64,000 nt of DNA from the human T2T-CHM13v2.0 reference genome, Homo sapiens (GCF_009914755.1 NC_060926.1), one strand, 5' to 3'. Positions 49,332 through 62,525 are shown, counted from the stretch's first letter. A program made the numbers and translations. The notes: generated by a model from the sequence alone, not told the origin.

Positions 49332-49428
49332 TGATGGCGGAAGGCAGGAAGATAAGCTGGACTCCTTGAAGCCGACACCCCCCAGGGAAATTCCATCACC
49401 CGCCTTGAGCACTGTAGACCGGGCTGGG
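49332..49428 (+). ncRNA. Candidate + strand lncRNA exon (possibly ARNILA, recalled as lying between DNMT3A and DTNB)
   Basis: Pyrimidine-rich acceptor ...ctcattcctctcgactcaacag| and donor GGG|GTAAGG; identity from locus memory only. Confidence 0.35.
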
Positions 49429-52400
49429 GTAAGGGTGGGATGTGGGGAGAAGGGCGGGGCTGGGGAGATAAGAGCCTCCTGGGGTAGAGGAGGCAGGCAG
49501 TGAGGTCAGGGCCTGCGCGTGGGGCAGGGGCCGGGCTAGGGGCAGGATCCCAGCGGAAGGTCATCTGCAGCCCTGGCTAATGGGATATCCTGGTGGAAAG
49601 CAAGTGGGGATCTAATTAGGGTAAAATCCAGGGCTAATGAGCTGTGGCAACAACGGGACAAAGGAACGATTCCCACAAGCCCAGGATGCGGCTCGGAGAG
49701 TCCACCTCAAATCGGCCTCCTTGTCAGCTTTTCTCCCCCAGGGCCCTTCCTGGCTTCCTTCCTCCACCTTCCCTGGCCTCAGGCCTGCCGTGCGGCCACC
49801 GTATCCCAGTGTCCATGGCTCCCCGTCAGCTCCAGCTCTGCCTCTCTTCTCATCCCTTTCGTTCTCTTTCCCTCTCCTTGCCCCTGGCTCTTCAGCCCAC
49901 GTGTCCCTGGCGTCACCCTGCTGTTCTCGGTGTGCCTCGTTTCTTTGTTCTCCTCCTCCGGGAGTGGGAAGAGCTGGGCTCTGGGCTCCCGGGGGTAGGC
50001 TGGGTGGCAAAGGGTGAACCTGAAATGGTTGCCTAGGCAATGAGGAAAGTAGGACAAACACCAACCAGCAGTCAGGAGAAAAGAGGAGCCCACGGAGGAG
50101 GGGACTGCGTCCCAGCCCAGCCAGGAGACCTCCTTGTTAACCCTCAGCCCCACTGTCCCCAGCCTGGCTCATCCCCAGGAGCTGGTCCAGAAGGAAGCTC
50201 GAACATCTCTGCAGGATCTCCCGCCTGGCTCCCTCACAGCCAACATTTGTGCCAGGCCCTTGGGCCAGAGCGATTCCTGGGCCGCCTGCCTCCTCGCTGC
50301 GTGGCCTCCTTCTCAGCAGGCCCAGGGCATATTCCTTTTTCCAAAAGACCAGCCCATCAGGGCAGCCCTAGGAGGGCACACGAGCAAGGCCAAGGAGGGC
50401 AGGGTCCTCACCAGGGCAGCTCCCTGCTGTTTCTGGCTGGGAAGCAGAGGACCTGCTGCTTCTTGTCGGCACCCATGGCCAATAGGTTTTGTGGAGGAGG
50501 AAGGAGGAGCCACGGGGCCTTGTCTGAAGGAAAGGAAACAGGCCTGGGATTGGGAGGAGCTGTGGGGAGGACTTCCAGACGCTTCAGACGTGGAGCCCAG
50601 GCTCAATCTCCTCAGTGAGGGCCATGGGTGCCTGGCACAGGAGGCCTTTCCAGGCAGGGAGGGAAAGAGACAAAGTGACTAAGGTCTTGGGACCACGCCA
50701 TGGTGGTGGAGACAGTGTGGCTCACGCGCTGAGGCCTGAACAAAAAGCCTGATGGGTACAGGTGCCCTTCAGGCCGGAAGGCGGGGGGCGGGGCGGACAG
50801 CTGCCCCAGTCCTGAGTCAGGCACTGAGCCAGAGGCCTTGTTTCCCGGGCTCCAGCACAGGCTGCTCTCCTGGGGAGAACGGCAGCACCTGCGGCCTGTA
50901 CCGTTTAAGCCAGGGGCCCCGCCAGGGTGTGCCCGCAGCCACGCTTGTGCTCTGAGGACTCTCTGTGCCCCTTGCCAAAATGGGGTGAGATTATCTGCCC
51001 GTGCCACTACCCCTGGCGTCAGGCCTATGAACTCTGCCTGGCAGTGTGGCCATGGCTGTAGGCCAAGCTTTGGACAGGTGTTTCTGCCACCTGGTTGAGG
51101 ACTTGCTGGGGCTGACTGAGGCCATCACTGACTGCGTGGTAACGGACTCGTTTTGAGCCAGCAGTGAGCTGGGTCCCAGGGGGCTGTAAGGTCTCTGTAT
51201 GTTTGCCGTGACTCTTGAACTCAAGGACACACCCCTGGGTTCCTCGGGTCCCACTCCTCCCAGTCTCCCATCCCACCCCTGAGCCCAAGGACCCATCCTT
51301 CTCAGCACCTAGAACAGACACTGAGTAGGGAACCACAGCCTTTTCCTCCCCAGGGTGGCCTCACTTTGCACCCACTGTCCTGAGTCTGACGTGTTCATAG
51401 GGCAGCCCGTTCCTCCAAGCCCACCCTTCACTATACAGTTTCGAACCCAGACCAGATTCCAACCTTAAGCTCTAAGACCCTGGAGCCAGTGAGGCCTGAA
51501 GGCCTGAGGAAGGGGCTTCGTGCCCAGCACACAGTTGGTGCCCGTGAAGCATCTGCCTGAATAAACAACAGTCCCACCTCTAGCCTATAAGTCCCTTCTG
51601 AATCTCCACCTTTAGCAATGACAGGCTCCATTTACTTCAGAAATACAAGGATGGCTACCTGGTGTTTTTGTCTTCAACACCTGCCTCCCAACTCCATTCC
51701 CAGCAAGTTCTAGTTCTCATGACCTCCCTTAGAGATTTTAAATTTTCAACATGAAAGCAGTCACAACCCATTCAAACTGTCACAGAACTAGTAGACTCAT
51801 ATTGCTTTTTGGAACTGGTGAAAGGATTTGATGCCCATTTCTTTTATGCCATGGTCCTACCCCAGCTGTCCCCCCTTGGAAGTAGGAAGCAGAGGGAAGA
51901 CGGAGCCAGTGTCCTCCACCTGTTTGCAGACGCGCCTGTGCAGGAGGCAGGAGAGACTCCAAGCCCACTACCTACAGAGTCCTGGCTTCTCAAGTAAGGT
52001 TAAGTGCAGAGAAGGCACCAGAGTCCCTGGGATCTGCTACTTTAACTGGGGAGACCTGTAAGTAACATCGAATTACTAGGTTCTCTAGTAATCATTTTCC
52101 CTCTGAAAAGAATTCAATGCCCATAGGAGATGGAGCTTCCAGTAGCCTGAAGCAGCCCATCTGGGCCTGGATGTTGTTTCGTGTGGAAGATGGTATTTGC
52201 ATCCTGGGGAAAGCATCTTGGTGTCCAGGCTCTGGCTGTGGGGGTTAGGTGCCTGCAACACCCCCTCTCCCCTGTCATCCCTCCTGAGCCAGGCAGGCCT
52301 TCAGCACTCCCTACCACTGAGACTATAGACTGAGAAGTAACTCCCTGTCGCTGGGCCTCCATGATGTCGGTCTTCTGTACCTTACAGGCCTTGCCTCAGT

Positions 52401-52599
52401 GCTGCCCACCTTCATGTCTGGGAGAGTCTTCATTGATTGCTGGGGACGAAAACCAACTTAGACTAGGGATCCCAGTTCCAGCACCCATGCCCAGGGCCCT
52501 TTCTTCCTTTAAAATAGACGGCTGACTCTGGCCCTTCTTCACTGATGGGCGATGGCTTCCTGCACTGCTTTGTTTTCTTCTTCATCCAAGTGTTGTCCT

Positions 52600-52784
52600 G
52601 TGAATCTCAGAGTGTGGTCTTTGGACCAACGGCACCACCGTCACCTGTGAGCTTGTTGACTGCAAATTCTCTGGTTCTACCCAAGACCTGCTGAATCCGA
52701 GACTCTGGAGGCATGGCCATGCTATCTGTATTTTAACAAGCACTCCAGGGGATTCACGGGCATGCTTAAGTCTGAGAACCACTG
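52600..52784. mobile_element. MER5A hAT-Charlie DNA transposon
   Basis: 'tctcagagtgtggtc...gacctgctgaatccgagactct...tgtattttaacaag...gtctgagaaccactg'. Confidence 0.82.
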
Positions 52785-54049
52785 GTGCAGTATATTACCT
52801 AGGAGCCCTGAGTAGGACACTTCATTTAGTTTTCTGATCCACACAAGGAGAACCCGTCCGGGCGCATGAGGCTTGCGCGTACAGAGTGTGTCTTCCCAAG
52901 GAAGGCAGGCTACCTACCTCCCACGTGTCCGGCATGTAACCCATCAGCTGACTCCTGACAGTGCAGAGGCCAGAGGCCAGACTGGGAATCCACCGAATGC
53001 CTCTTCATGAGCTCTTTTCTCCCAGAAGGTGCAGCAGGAATTCAGATGGCTGTAGGCATTGCCATAGCAACTGCACCCCTCCGAAGCGCTTATGGGCTGC
53101 AGGAGCACAGTAAGCAGCCCGAAGAGGAGCACGTCTGCCAGTGGTTGAAGCCTCACCAGCAGATGAGAGGGGCTGCGAAGGGAAGAGGAAGCTCAGGGTG
53201 GCTGGGACTTATGGACAAGAACTCGGTGGAGCTGTTGCTTCCTCAAGACCCACGATGCATTTGGTAGCCCTCCCGGGGTCCTCCAGCACTGCAAAACAGC
53301 GCCAGCCCAGGCTGTGGTGCTGCACGGCAGCCTGGCTCACCCAGGAGTCAGTGATGCTGCAGTTTCTCAAAAAACCGTCTACCTAGGTTAAATTAGCCTG
53401 CTCAGTGGTCACAGAGCAATTAAGATGGAAGTGCCCATCTTCCTTCCGTGATGACCACCTGTGTTCCTCGCCAGGATTGAGGAAAGGGACCCAGTTCCAA
53501 AGGTCTGACAGGCATGTGGGTCCTAAAGCAGACGCCAACAGTCATGAGGGAGCTCGGGGCTTAGGTAATGGCGGGTTTTCTAGCTCTACGAGAAATCAAC
53601 CTCAGCAAGAACGGGTATCACCAGAGTGCACCCGGTACCTGAGTGCTGGCCTCAGAGCTGAAAACACAGAGAGTCAGCAGGGGCTTGGGCAGAGAAGAGG
53701 GCCCCACGCCCTTGGAAACAGGGAGCTCTGCTTGCCTGAAGAGCCAGAGAGGGGCCACGGTGAGCGCAACTCCGTGGAAAGCTCGTGGGGACACAGTGCC
53801 AACCAATGGGAAGATGAGCTATGGGGGAGAAGAGACAGAGAGGAAAGGACGGAAGGTGTGAACACCCACCCCTTCTATTTTACCCTGACTGGGCCTTGGC
53901 AGGCTTGCCTGGGACTCCATCCGTGTGCGGCCAGGAGTTGATCCCACCGTCTCTGCACAGACCTCCTCAAAGCCAAGGGCAGGGGTCTGCAGAGGTGGGT
54001 GAGGGATGCTGGGGAGCCAGCTGTGGGGCTTCTCGCTTCATTACAGTCA

Positions 54050-54390
54050 CTGCCCTTTATAAATATTTATAGCAGTTCTTCTGCTAAAAATAACATCCTG
54101 GAGCCCAGGGAGGAGGAAAAAATAAATGAAAATCACCGGGAACGGGACTTGATCACGTGTGCCCGAGCCCAATCGACCCCTAAGGCGAGAGGCTGCGAGC
54201 AGCGCCCCCGGCGGCGCGCCCCCTGGCGGCCACGGAGTCCGCGGCGCAGAGACCCTCCCGCCCTCTCCGAGGAGGCTCAGCCCGGCTGCGGCGCGCGGCT
54301 GGGTCTCCGCCCCTCCCTCCCGGGCTGCAGGCGGCGGCATCACACGGGGCGGGCGGAAGCCTAACCAGTGTGAGACTATTTTTAGCACCG
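54050..54390. promoter_or_regulatory. Small CpG island with perfect minus-strand CTCF motif (54216-54232) flanked by two MEF2 sites
   Basis: TGGCCGCCAGGGGGCGC (-); CTAAAAATAA 54084-54093; CTATTTTTAG 54376-54385; CACGTG ~54153. Confidence 0.75.
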
Positions 54391-54559
54391 TGGCCAGGGT
54401 GTGAATGTCTACAGAGCCGAGCAAGGCCTGACGCTTTCTTTGCACGCTGGAAGAAACCTGTTGGTTTTTAAAGGTCAAAGATAAGGAAACTTGTGCCCCC
54501 ACGTTCAGGAGCACCCCACGTGCTGGCCAGACGCCAGGAAGTGTTTCATCAGGTCACAA

Positions 54560-54882
54560 ACACACAAGAGCTTGGTGCTTTTTCTTTTCTCTTTTCAACC
54601 TCCAGGTGAATTCCTGATGCGGAGATGAGACCATGCCCTGAGGGGAGTGATGAAGGTGCTAGTACATGCAGGGCTGTGCAGGGGGAGGCCCACTAGCTGT
54701 GCCACGCAGCCCCTCCCCGCTTCCCACCGGCTCTGGCTCCCCTCTCCCTGGCGGGTGGAGTGACGTCTGGCAGCCTGCAAGCCTGGTCCAGGTGTGCGGT
54801 GGAAAGATGGAGAGGAATGTGCCTCTGGGGGAAGACCTTGCCTTCGCCATGTCGGCGCCAGCTTGCTCCTCGTCCTCTGTGC
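54560..54882 (-). other. DTNB: DTNB terminal exon (3'UTR); 3' end approximate
   Basis: Acceptor TGTGTCTTGCGCAG|GCACAGAGG; variant signal AAGAAA (54586-54581) followed by a GU-rich TTGTGTGTTTGTG element. Confidence 0.78.
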
Positions 54883-56647
54883 CTGCGCAAGACACACTCA
54901 CCGTTAGTCACGGGCACTGTTGAGGGTTCAGGACAAAAGCTGCTAACATCTACTGTGAACAGGAGGCCCTGCAGGGAGGGGCTGCTAGGATGCTGGGCGC
55001 CTTTCAAGCGTTGGGCTGAAGGGTGGTACCTAGGGTCCTCTGCCATCATTCCTAAGGGTCAGGAAGTGTTTCCGTGGAAGAAAGAATTGGGTTCACAATG
55101 CAAGGTTTGAATGGGGTGATTTCTTGGGGAGAATTGTGGCCCAGGAGAAGGGCAGGGAGGACTGAGGTGTGCCGATGAATACTAAGAGGAAAGGGAGGAA
55201 GCCTCAGCCCCCGGCCAGCAGAGCGCAGGCCTGGGCATCCATGAATCCGCGGCACCCAAGTTTTATACTCTTAGTTTAACTCTCGGCTGTTGGTGTTTCT
55301 CATCACCCCTGATGTGGGTCAGAGAGCGCAGGATTAGGAGGCAGAAGACCCGGCTCCAATTCTGCTTCTGGCATGGAGCTTCTGGTGTGGGGCATTGGTT
55401 TCCTCCATGTGCAACAAGGCGGTGGGGGCACATGGCTCTGCCACGTTCCCTTGCACCCCAGTTCCTTCTGCCCCGGGGAGAGAGGGGCTCTGGCAGGCTC
55501 CTGCAGGGCGAGTCAGTTCCTGATTTCCCTCCTCGGCTGCCACGGCCTAGGCTTGCTTGGGAAAGGGCCTTGCCTGAATGTGCACAGTGAGTTTAGGGAG
55601 AAGCCTCTCTCCAAGCCCCTGGGGCGCTGTGATTTCCAGGGCAGCGAGAGAATGTGCGTGGCCCAGGTGCTGCCCTCTCCTCAGCTCGCACAATCCAGAG
55701 TCAGCGCAGGCCGAGGCTGCAGGGGCCCCGGGGGAGCGGGCAGAGGCCTTCAATGGCCTGGCGCGGTTGGGCAGAGAGGGCCAGAGGCTATTCCAGGATG
55801 ACACGACTTGGGAGGGTCTGAAAAAACCCCTTTTCTGGATTGTGCAGCTAGGGCCCTGACTTCTTTATTCGAGGAAGATGCCTAATTTTTAAATATAAGA
55901 GGTGGGGGGGTGGGAGGAGGGGAGGGAAGACAAGATTTTAAAATGGAGAAGTCTGATATCTTGGTGCTGGGACTAGAAAGAATTAAGGTGTTGAGCTGGA
56001 AAATGGGAATGACTAATTCCTAAAGGCAATGAGCATCTGCCACTGGAGCAGTCCGTACTTTTCTGCATTGCTTCTTCAGGAAGTGAGAAGGTGCAGCTTG
56101 GCCGGGCACCATGGGAAGCGGCTTGGTCAGCCCTGTAGTCAGTGTGATCCTGCATGAATCACATGTCTGTGGGTCAGGGACTGTGATTCGGTGCAGTGCT
56201 GGGTGACAGAATCCAGGGACGCACTGGCTGTGGTTTGGATCCCAGGAAGGAAGTGGGCAGTGGCTGTGGGAAAGGAGCATGGGAGGCAGTGCTCCCCAGG
56301 GAGGTGGCCTTGCTCAGCACACCCTGTTTCAGCCAGCAGTGTCGGGTCTGCCAATGCCATCCCAACACAGAGGACACCAGGCCATGCCCAAGGACCAGGC
56401 CTGCAGACAGTGCTGTGCAAGACAGGACACAGCCTAGAAACAGGGCAAGGAGGGCACATGGCTGGGGTGGGCAAAGGGAAGGGACAGTTGGGCTCTTGCA
56501 TCTTCACCTGTTAGGACTGCCCTGGCTAGGGACCTGTGACTGCAGGAAGGGAGGGGAAGGGAAGATGCTGAGGAAGGAGGGAGGGGCCGTGGGGAGGCAG
56601 AAGACTCTTTGTACTCACCTGAGCTTCCTCTGTGTCCGGCTCCTCTG

Positions 56648-56652
56648 CTAAC
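56648..56652 (-). CDS. DTNB: DTNB last coding bases (G|GT TAG) in a 34-nt penultimate exon (56652-56619)
   Basis: TGCCACAG|GTTAGCAGAGG...GCTCAG|GTGAGT; completes the final Gly and stop, consistent with the recalled C-terminus KDRG*. Confidence 0.88.
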
Positions 56653-57972
56653 CTGTGGCAGCATGGGCAGAAACAACACACTGAGGTCACGGCCAGGTCT
56701 TCTCATGCCCCAGACTATCTCAAAGGGGCTTCCCTGACCAACCCACCCCAGGGGCTTCCTTGCTTCTCCTGTTACTCGTTTGTTGACTTTTCCCACCCAG
56801 GTATGACAGCAGGGTAGAGTCATACTTTCTACTACTGTAGCCAACCCGAGGCAGCCATGGAGACAGATGCTTCTCAGGAGAAGGAAAGTCATTAAAAAAT
56901 GGAATCAAAGCTCCTTAAATCCAGGGAGCAGTTACATGAGGGGGGCAAAGCCCACTCAGCTCTGAAAGTTCCCCAAGGGAACATGACTGCGCCTTGAGTG
57001 AGGGCGGTCCCCCTCCTGCAGATGGTCTGCTTTGAAAAGCCCTGCGCTTGCTCACCCGAGGCTCGAGCACTGCCTGGCCCCTCCTGAGCCTGTTCTGTTC
57101 TCTGAGGGCCATTGCTGTCCAGCCTTGCACCAGGGCTCTTTATGGATGCAAACTGGATTTACAGCCCCCACACCGGGATGGCAGGGTATGGGAGGGGAGA
57201 CTGTGAAGGACACAGGAGCATAACATGAGGCTGTGGAGGGTGGAGATGATGTACTATGGGGGAAGGTGTGTTAGTCTGTGCTTCTTCTATGTGTCTTGGT
57301 TACACTTCTCTTGAGGAGATGCAGAGGAGGAAGGGTACCCCGATGGAGCAGAAGCATTCCCCAGGATGCAGCCAGCCAGCCAGGGGTGAACAGGGAGAGG
57401 CGTGAGGCAGGGGTGAATATGGCAGGGAAGTTCAGCTTGGTCTAGATTCTTCAAAAGTTCCATTTGACTCTCACAGTTTCCTTATCGAGCAGACTATGTT
57501 TGCCTGATGGTGCTGACCAAATTCTGTTTATATTACGTCAGTATGGTTTCAACCCCAAAGAAGCAAATATACTCTCTCTCTTTACGGTTGACAGTTACAG
57601 ATCTCTGGTGTCCAGGTGACTGCAGTTAGTCCTAGGTCTGTAAAATCTCAGGCCTAGCTCATGGCAGAGAATCAGGAGGTCCACCCATAAAAACACTTAG
57701 TCTTATAAAAATGCCCATGTATGAGCTACGTTGTAGTTTCAGGGACATATCCTAGAACCTATATAATGTGGAGAGCCAAACATAAAAAACTCTACCATCT
57801 CTCACCCCAACTCTTAACACTCTTGGCCTTAGGGATGACACCAGAAAGTCACATACGTAAAAATTCAGGCATTCCCACAAAAAGATTTCACATAGACATA
57901 CAGACATTCTGGTATATGCACTGAAAGACAGACAAGGAGCTCTAAGGGCAAGAGGCACAGAAAGACAGAAGA

Positions 57973-58271
57973 GATGCAGACAGGGCAGTGCAGGTGTAAA
58001 GACAGTGCCCTGGGGCCTGGAGTGCCGGGAAAGGGAAACCCAGTCTGATGCGAACAGGGCAGTGCACGTGCAGAGACAGTGCCCTGGGGCCTGGAGGCCC
58101 GGGCGAGGGAAACCCAGTCTGATGTGGACAGTGGAGTGCAGGTGCAAAGACAGCACCTTGGGACCTGGAGGCCCGGGCAAGGGAAACCCAGTTTGATGTG
58201 GACAGGGGAGTGCAGGTGCAGAGACAGCACCCTGGGGCCTGGAGGGCTGGGCAAGGGAAACCCAGTCTGAT
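57973..58271. repeat. Minisatellite, 4 x 74 bp, in DTNB intron
   Basis: Units start at 57973, 58047, 58121 and 58195. Confidence 0.95.
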
Positions 58272-58511
58272 TCCCATGTGAGGCATGGCCCACACTCAGA
58301 CTCGAACCAGGATAAGGGCTAGAGTTCGTGGCCAGGGCAAGGCCTCAGTGGCTGGGGCAGTCCTAGGTTTGCTTTGGTGGAGTGAAAAGGACTGAGGAGA
58401 GGCCATGGGAAAAAGCTACTGGGGAAGGGAGGGGCAGGTGAAGGGAGGCCAGAGATGCAGCTGTTATGTCTTCAGCCAGGAACATTCCACATGAATGCTA
58501 GGATTTGGTTG

Positions 58512-58553
58512 GCATGTGCATGTGCATGTGCGTGTGCGTGTGTGTGCGCGTGT
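58512..58553. repeat. Alternating purine-pyrimidine tract (TGCATG/TGCG/TG)
   Basis: Directly visible. Confidence 0.8.
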
Positions 58554-58709
58554 TTGCAGCATGTGTTTACACCAGTGTAAATTTATCTGTGTATCTCTTC
58601 ACCTTTTGCCCTCCTGCCTTCTTTCTTGTCTGTGTGGGTAAGTCAATTGTTTCTACATTTCTATGAAGCATTCCTGGATGTCTGAAACACTACTGCTCTC
58701 TAATGTGAC

Positions 58710-59003
<294 letters not shown>

Positions 59004-59808
59004 CTAGTCTGACCTTTTGGTGTCCGTGCCACATATGTCATTCTCATCAACTCGTTGGCGCTGCTGTCCACTTCCTCCCAGGCCTAGCTCAGACTCACTA
59101 GACGATTTCAGAATCTGCAGAATCTTCTTCCTCTTCTCCCAGTTTCTTCCTCAGCAATTTCAGGGTCCTTGCTGACAAATTCCTTGCCCCGTGAGACTCC
59201 AAAGACGACCCTGTCTTAGCCACTCCAGCCCCTATGGGCCAAGAATGCTCCAGACCCACTGTCCTGTAGGTTTCCCTTTCTTGTCACAGCTTCCTTGCCT
59301 GTATCTCCCACTTGGCTTCTACCCTTCCTTAAGTAAGACCACTCCACTTCCCTTAGTCTACCAGTTCAGCTCAGACTAAACCATGGGCATTGGAGTTGAA
59401 CTCAGGCTGTGCCATTTATCAGCTGGCAGGTTCTTTCACTCCCCCGAGCCTTGTTCAGAATTCCTCCCTGGGAGGGCTGCTGCTGGCTCCTCCTCATGCT
59501 TCCTGCTCTCCCTACCTTCACCTCCTTGGGGTGACCAGCCATTGCATTTCTCTCCCCGATAAGGTACTCTCTATCTCATCACCCCATTTATTTCCTTTGA
59601 TTTGTTCATTTATTGACCTCCTACTAAGCACCAGGCACTGGAACACAACATGAACAAAACAGACTAAAATCTCTGCCTTGAGGAGCTGATGTTTAGGAGG
59701 AATCCAGCAACTAACACATTAATGCACAACAGAAAGAACAGCTCACCCTCAAATGTCCAAAGAAAATTTTGTTTTCTGTTCAGTATAACATAGAAGGATG
59801 AAGATTAA

Positions 59809-60216
<408 letters not shown>

Positions 60217-60494
60217 TAAAATGGGGATATTCGAATCTGTCTCACAGTGTTAAGGATTAGATGAGATCATCATACGTGAAAATCATTCCCTGCAGCTCTT
60301 CCCAGATGTCATGTGTTAAGCAGGTTCGATATATAATGAAACTAGGAAGGCACTACTGTCCTTTGCTGACACCTTCCCTTCTTGGTTTTATTCTTCCATG
60401 AAGCCACAAAACCATTTGGCTATTCTAGTTCACAACAATCTCTTCCTTTTCAGAAACCCTTATTATACTTATATGCTGAAAGTTTTATGATTAG

Positions 60495-60847
<353 letters not shown>

Positions 60848-61164
60848 TGGTCTTGCTTTATTAACTAGATCATAAACTTCTCCAGTCAAAGGGTCATCTT
60901 TTGTGTTCTACTTGTATCTACTTCCTGTATCCCAACTACCTATCCCAGGATCAGGAAATGAGGAAGCTCTTGGTGATCGACTGACCTTGTCACCTGGAAG
61001 GTAAAACCTGACTGTCAGATGGGAAAAGTAGGTACAGGGACCTCGGGTCCGAAAGCTCTGGGAAAGGTGGTGGCAGGGAGGAATGCAGAAACAAAGTGGG
61101 GGGCGGCTGATCCATGAGCTCGGGCTCCCCATTTAAACGAGCAGTCCTGCTGAGCTGCCTTTAC

Positions 61165-61218
61165 CTCTGTCTTTCCCATTCTGCATCTTCTCTTCTTCTT
61201 CCTCTGCACCTTCCTCTG
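61165..61218 (-). CDS. DTNB: DTNB (beta-dystrobrevin) 54-nt coding exon, (A)EEGAEEEEEKMQNGKDR(G), phase 1/1
   Basis: TTGTTTTCACAG|CAGAGGAAGG...GACAGAG|GTAAAG; translation matches the recalled beta-dystrobrevin C-terminus. Confidence 0.93.
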
Positions 61219-62172
61219 CTGTGAAAACAAGTCCAAGGAGGCCAGTGACCCTTCGGCACAGGACAAGTACAGAAGGAGGGTGAACAAAGCAACTGCTGAG
61301 GCTTGGGAGGAAACTCTAGCTAACAGCTCCTGGCTGCAGGCCTCTGAGGGTGCTTCAGCTCACCAGTCTGCACTTGTGCGGCCCACGCCCCAGCACTGCT
61401 GAATAGGAGCCCGTAAGACCACAGCCCAAAGGGAGCAGTGCGGTCACATCGCTCACTTTCCTGACCAGGGCTGGGGGCGTGCAGTGTGGGGTTGCGTGCC
61501 TCTGTTCTATGCCTGTCTGCCCTCAGGTGGTGATGACCAGGGAGACATCTAATGTCTTGCATTCAGGTTTAAGAAAGTGACCATACAATATATGGTGGGG
61601 GAATACCTAGATTAACACGGGGTTCTGTTAAAAAAAAAAAATTCCGTATGTTTTAGCTGATGATAAACTTAAAATGACCGCACAGTGCAAAGTGGCTATG
61701 TGGGAAGTGCTAATGCCGTCTAAGGTGCTTTTCCAGGGGACACTCAAGAGGGTCACAGATGCCTTGTGCTCTGCAGGGACAAGATCCCCTGTGATGGAGA
61801 GCAGGGTGCTGGGCCCTGGGCATGTACTTTGAATAGGAGCCTTGGAAAATGGCCACATCCTGGTATGGTCAAGCAGGCTGGTAAGAGAAAACCATGTCAC
61901 GTTTGGAAAGGTTGAAGGAATTGGGTGTAGCAGTCTACAGAGGAGAAAACTAGGAAGGGTTGTCATTTGCCATCCAACCCGTGAAAGGCGAGCCTGCAGA
62001 GGAGGGACTGAGCTTATCCTGGGTAGCTTGAGAGGACAGGGATAAATCAGTTACAGAAAGTGAGATTTTGGCTCCCCACTGAGGAAGAAGTTTCCAGTGA
62101 TTAGAGTTGATCATGAATGAGCTCGCTGGAAATATTCAGAGGACTGTTTTATTGGGTGGCGAGTTGGATTAA

Positions 62173-62525
<353 letters not shown>

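Noticed and set aside
52944-53156. 70-aa minus-strand ORF resembling a signal peptide plus Cys-rich segment
   Set aside because: Starts at GTG with no ATG; the upstream acceptor is out of phase with the DTNB coding donor; no family recognised
57752-58295. Repetitive Cys/Pro-rich ORFs; CRISPR-like periodicity
   Set aside because: Translations of the 74-bp minisatellite; no unique spacers, and the context is eukaryotic
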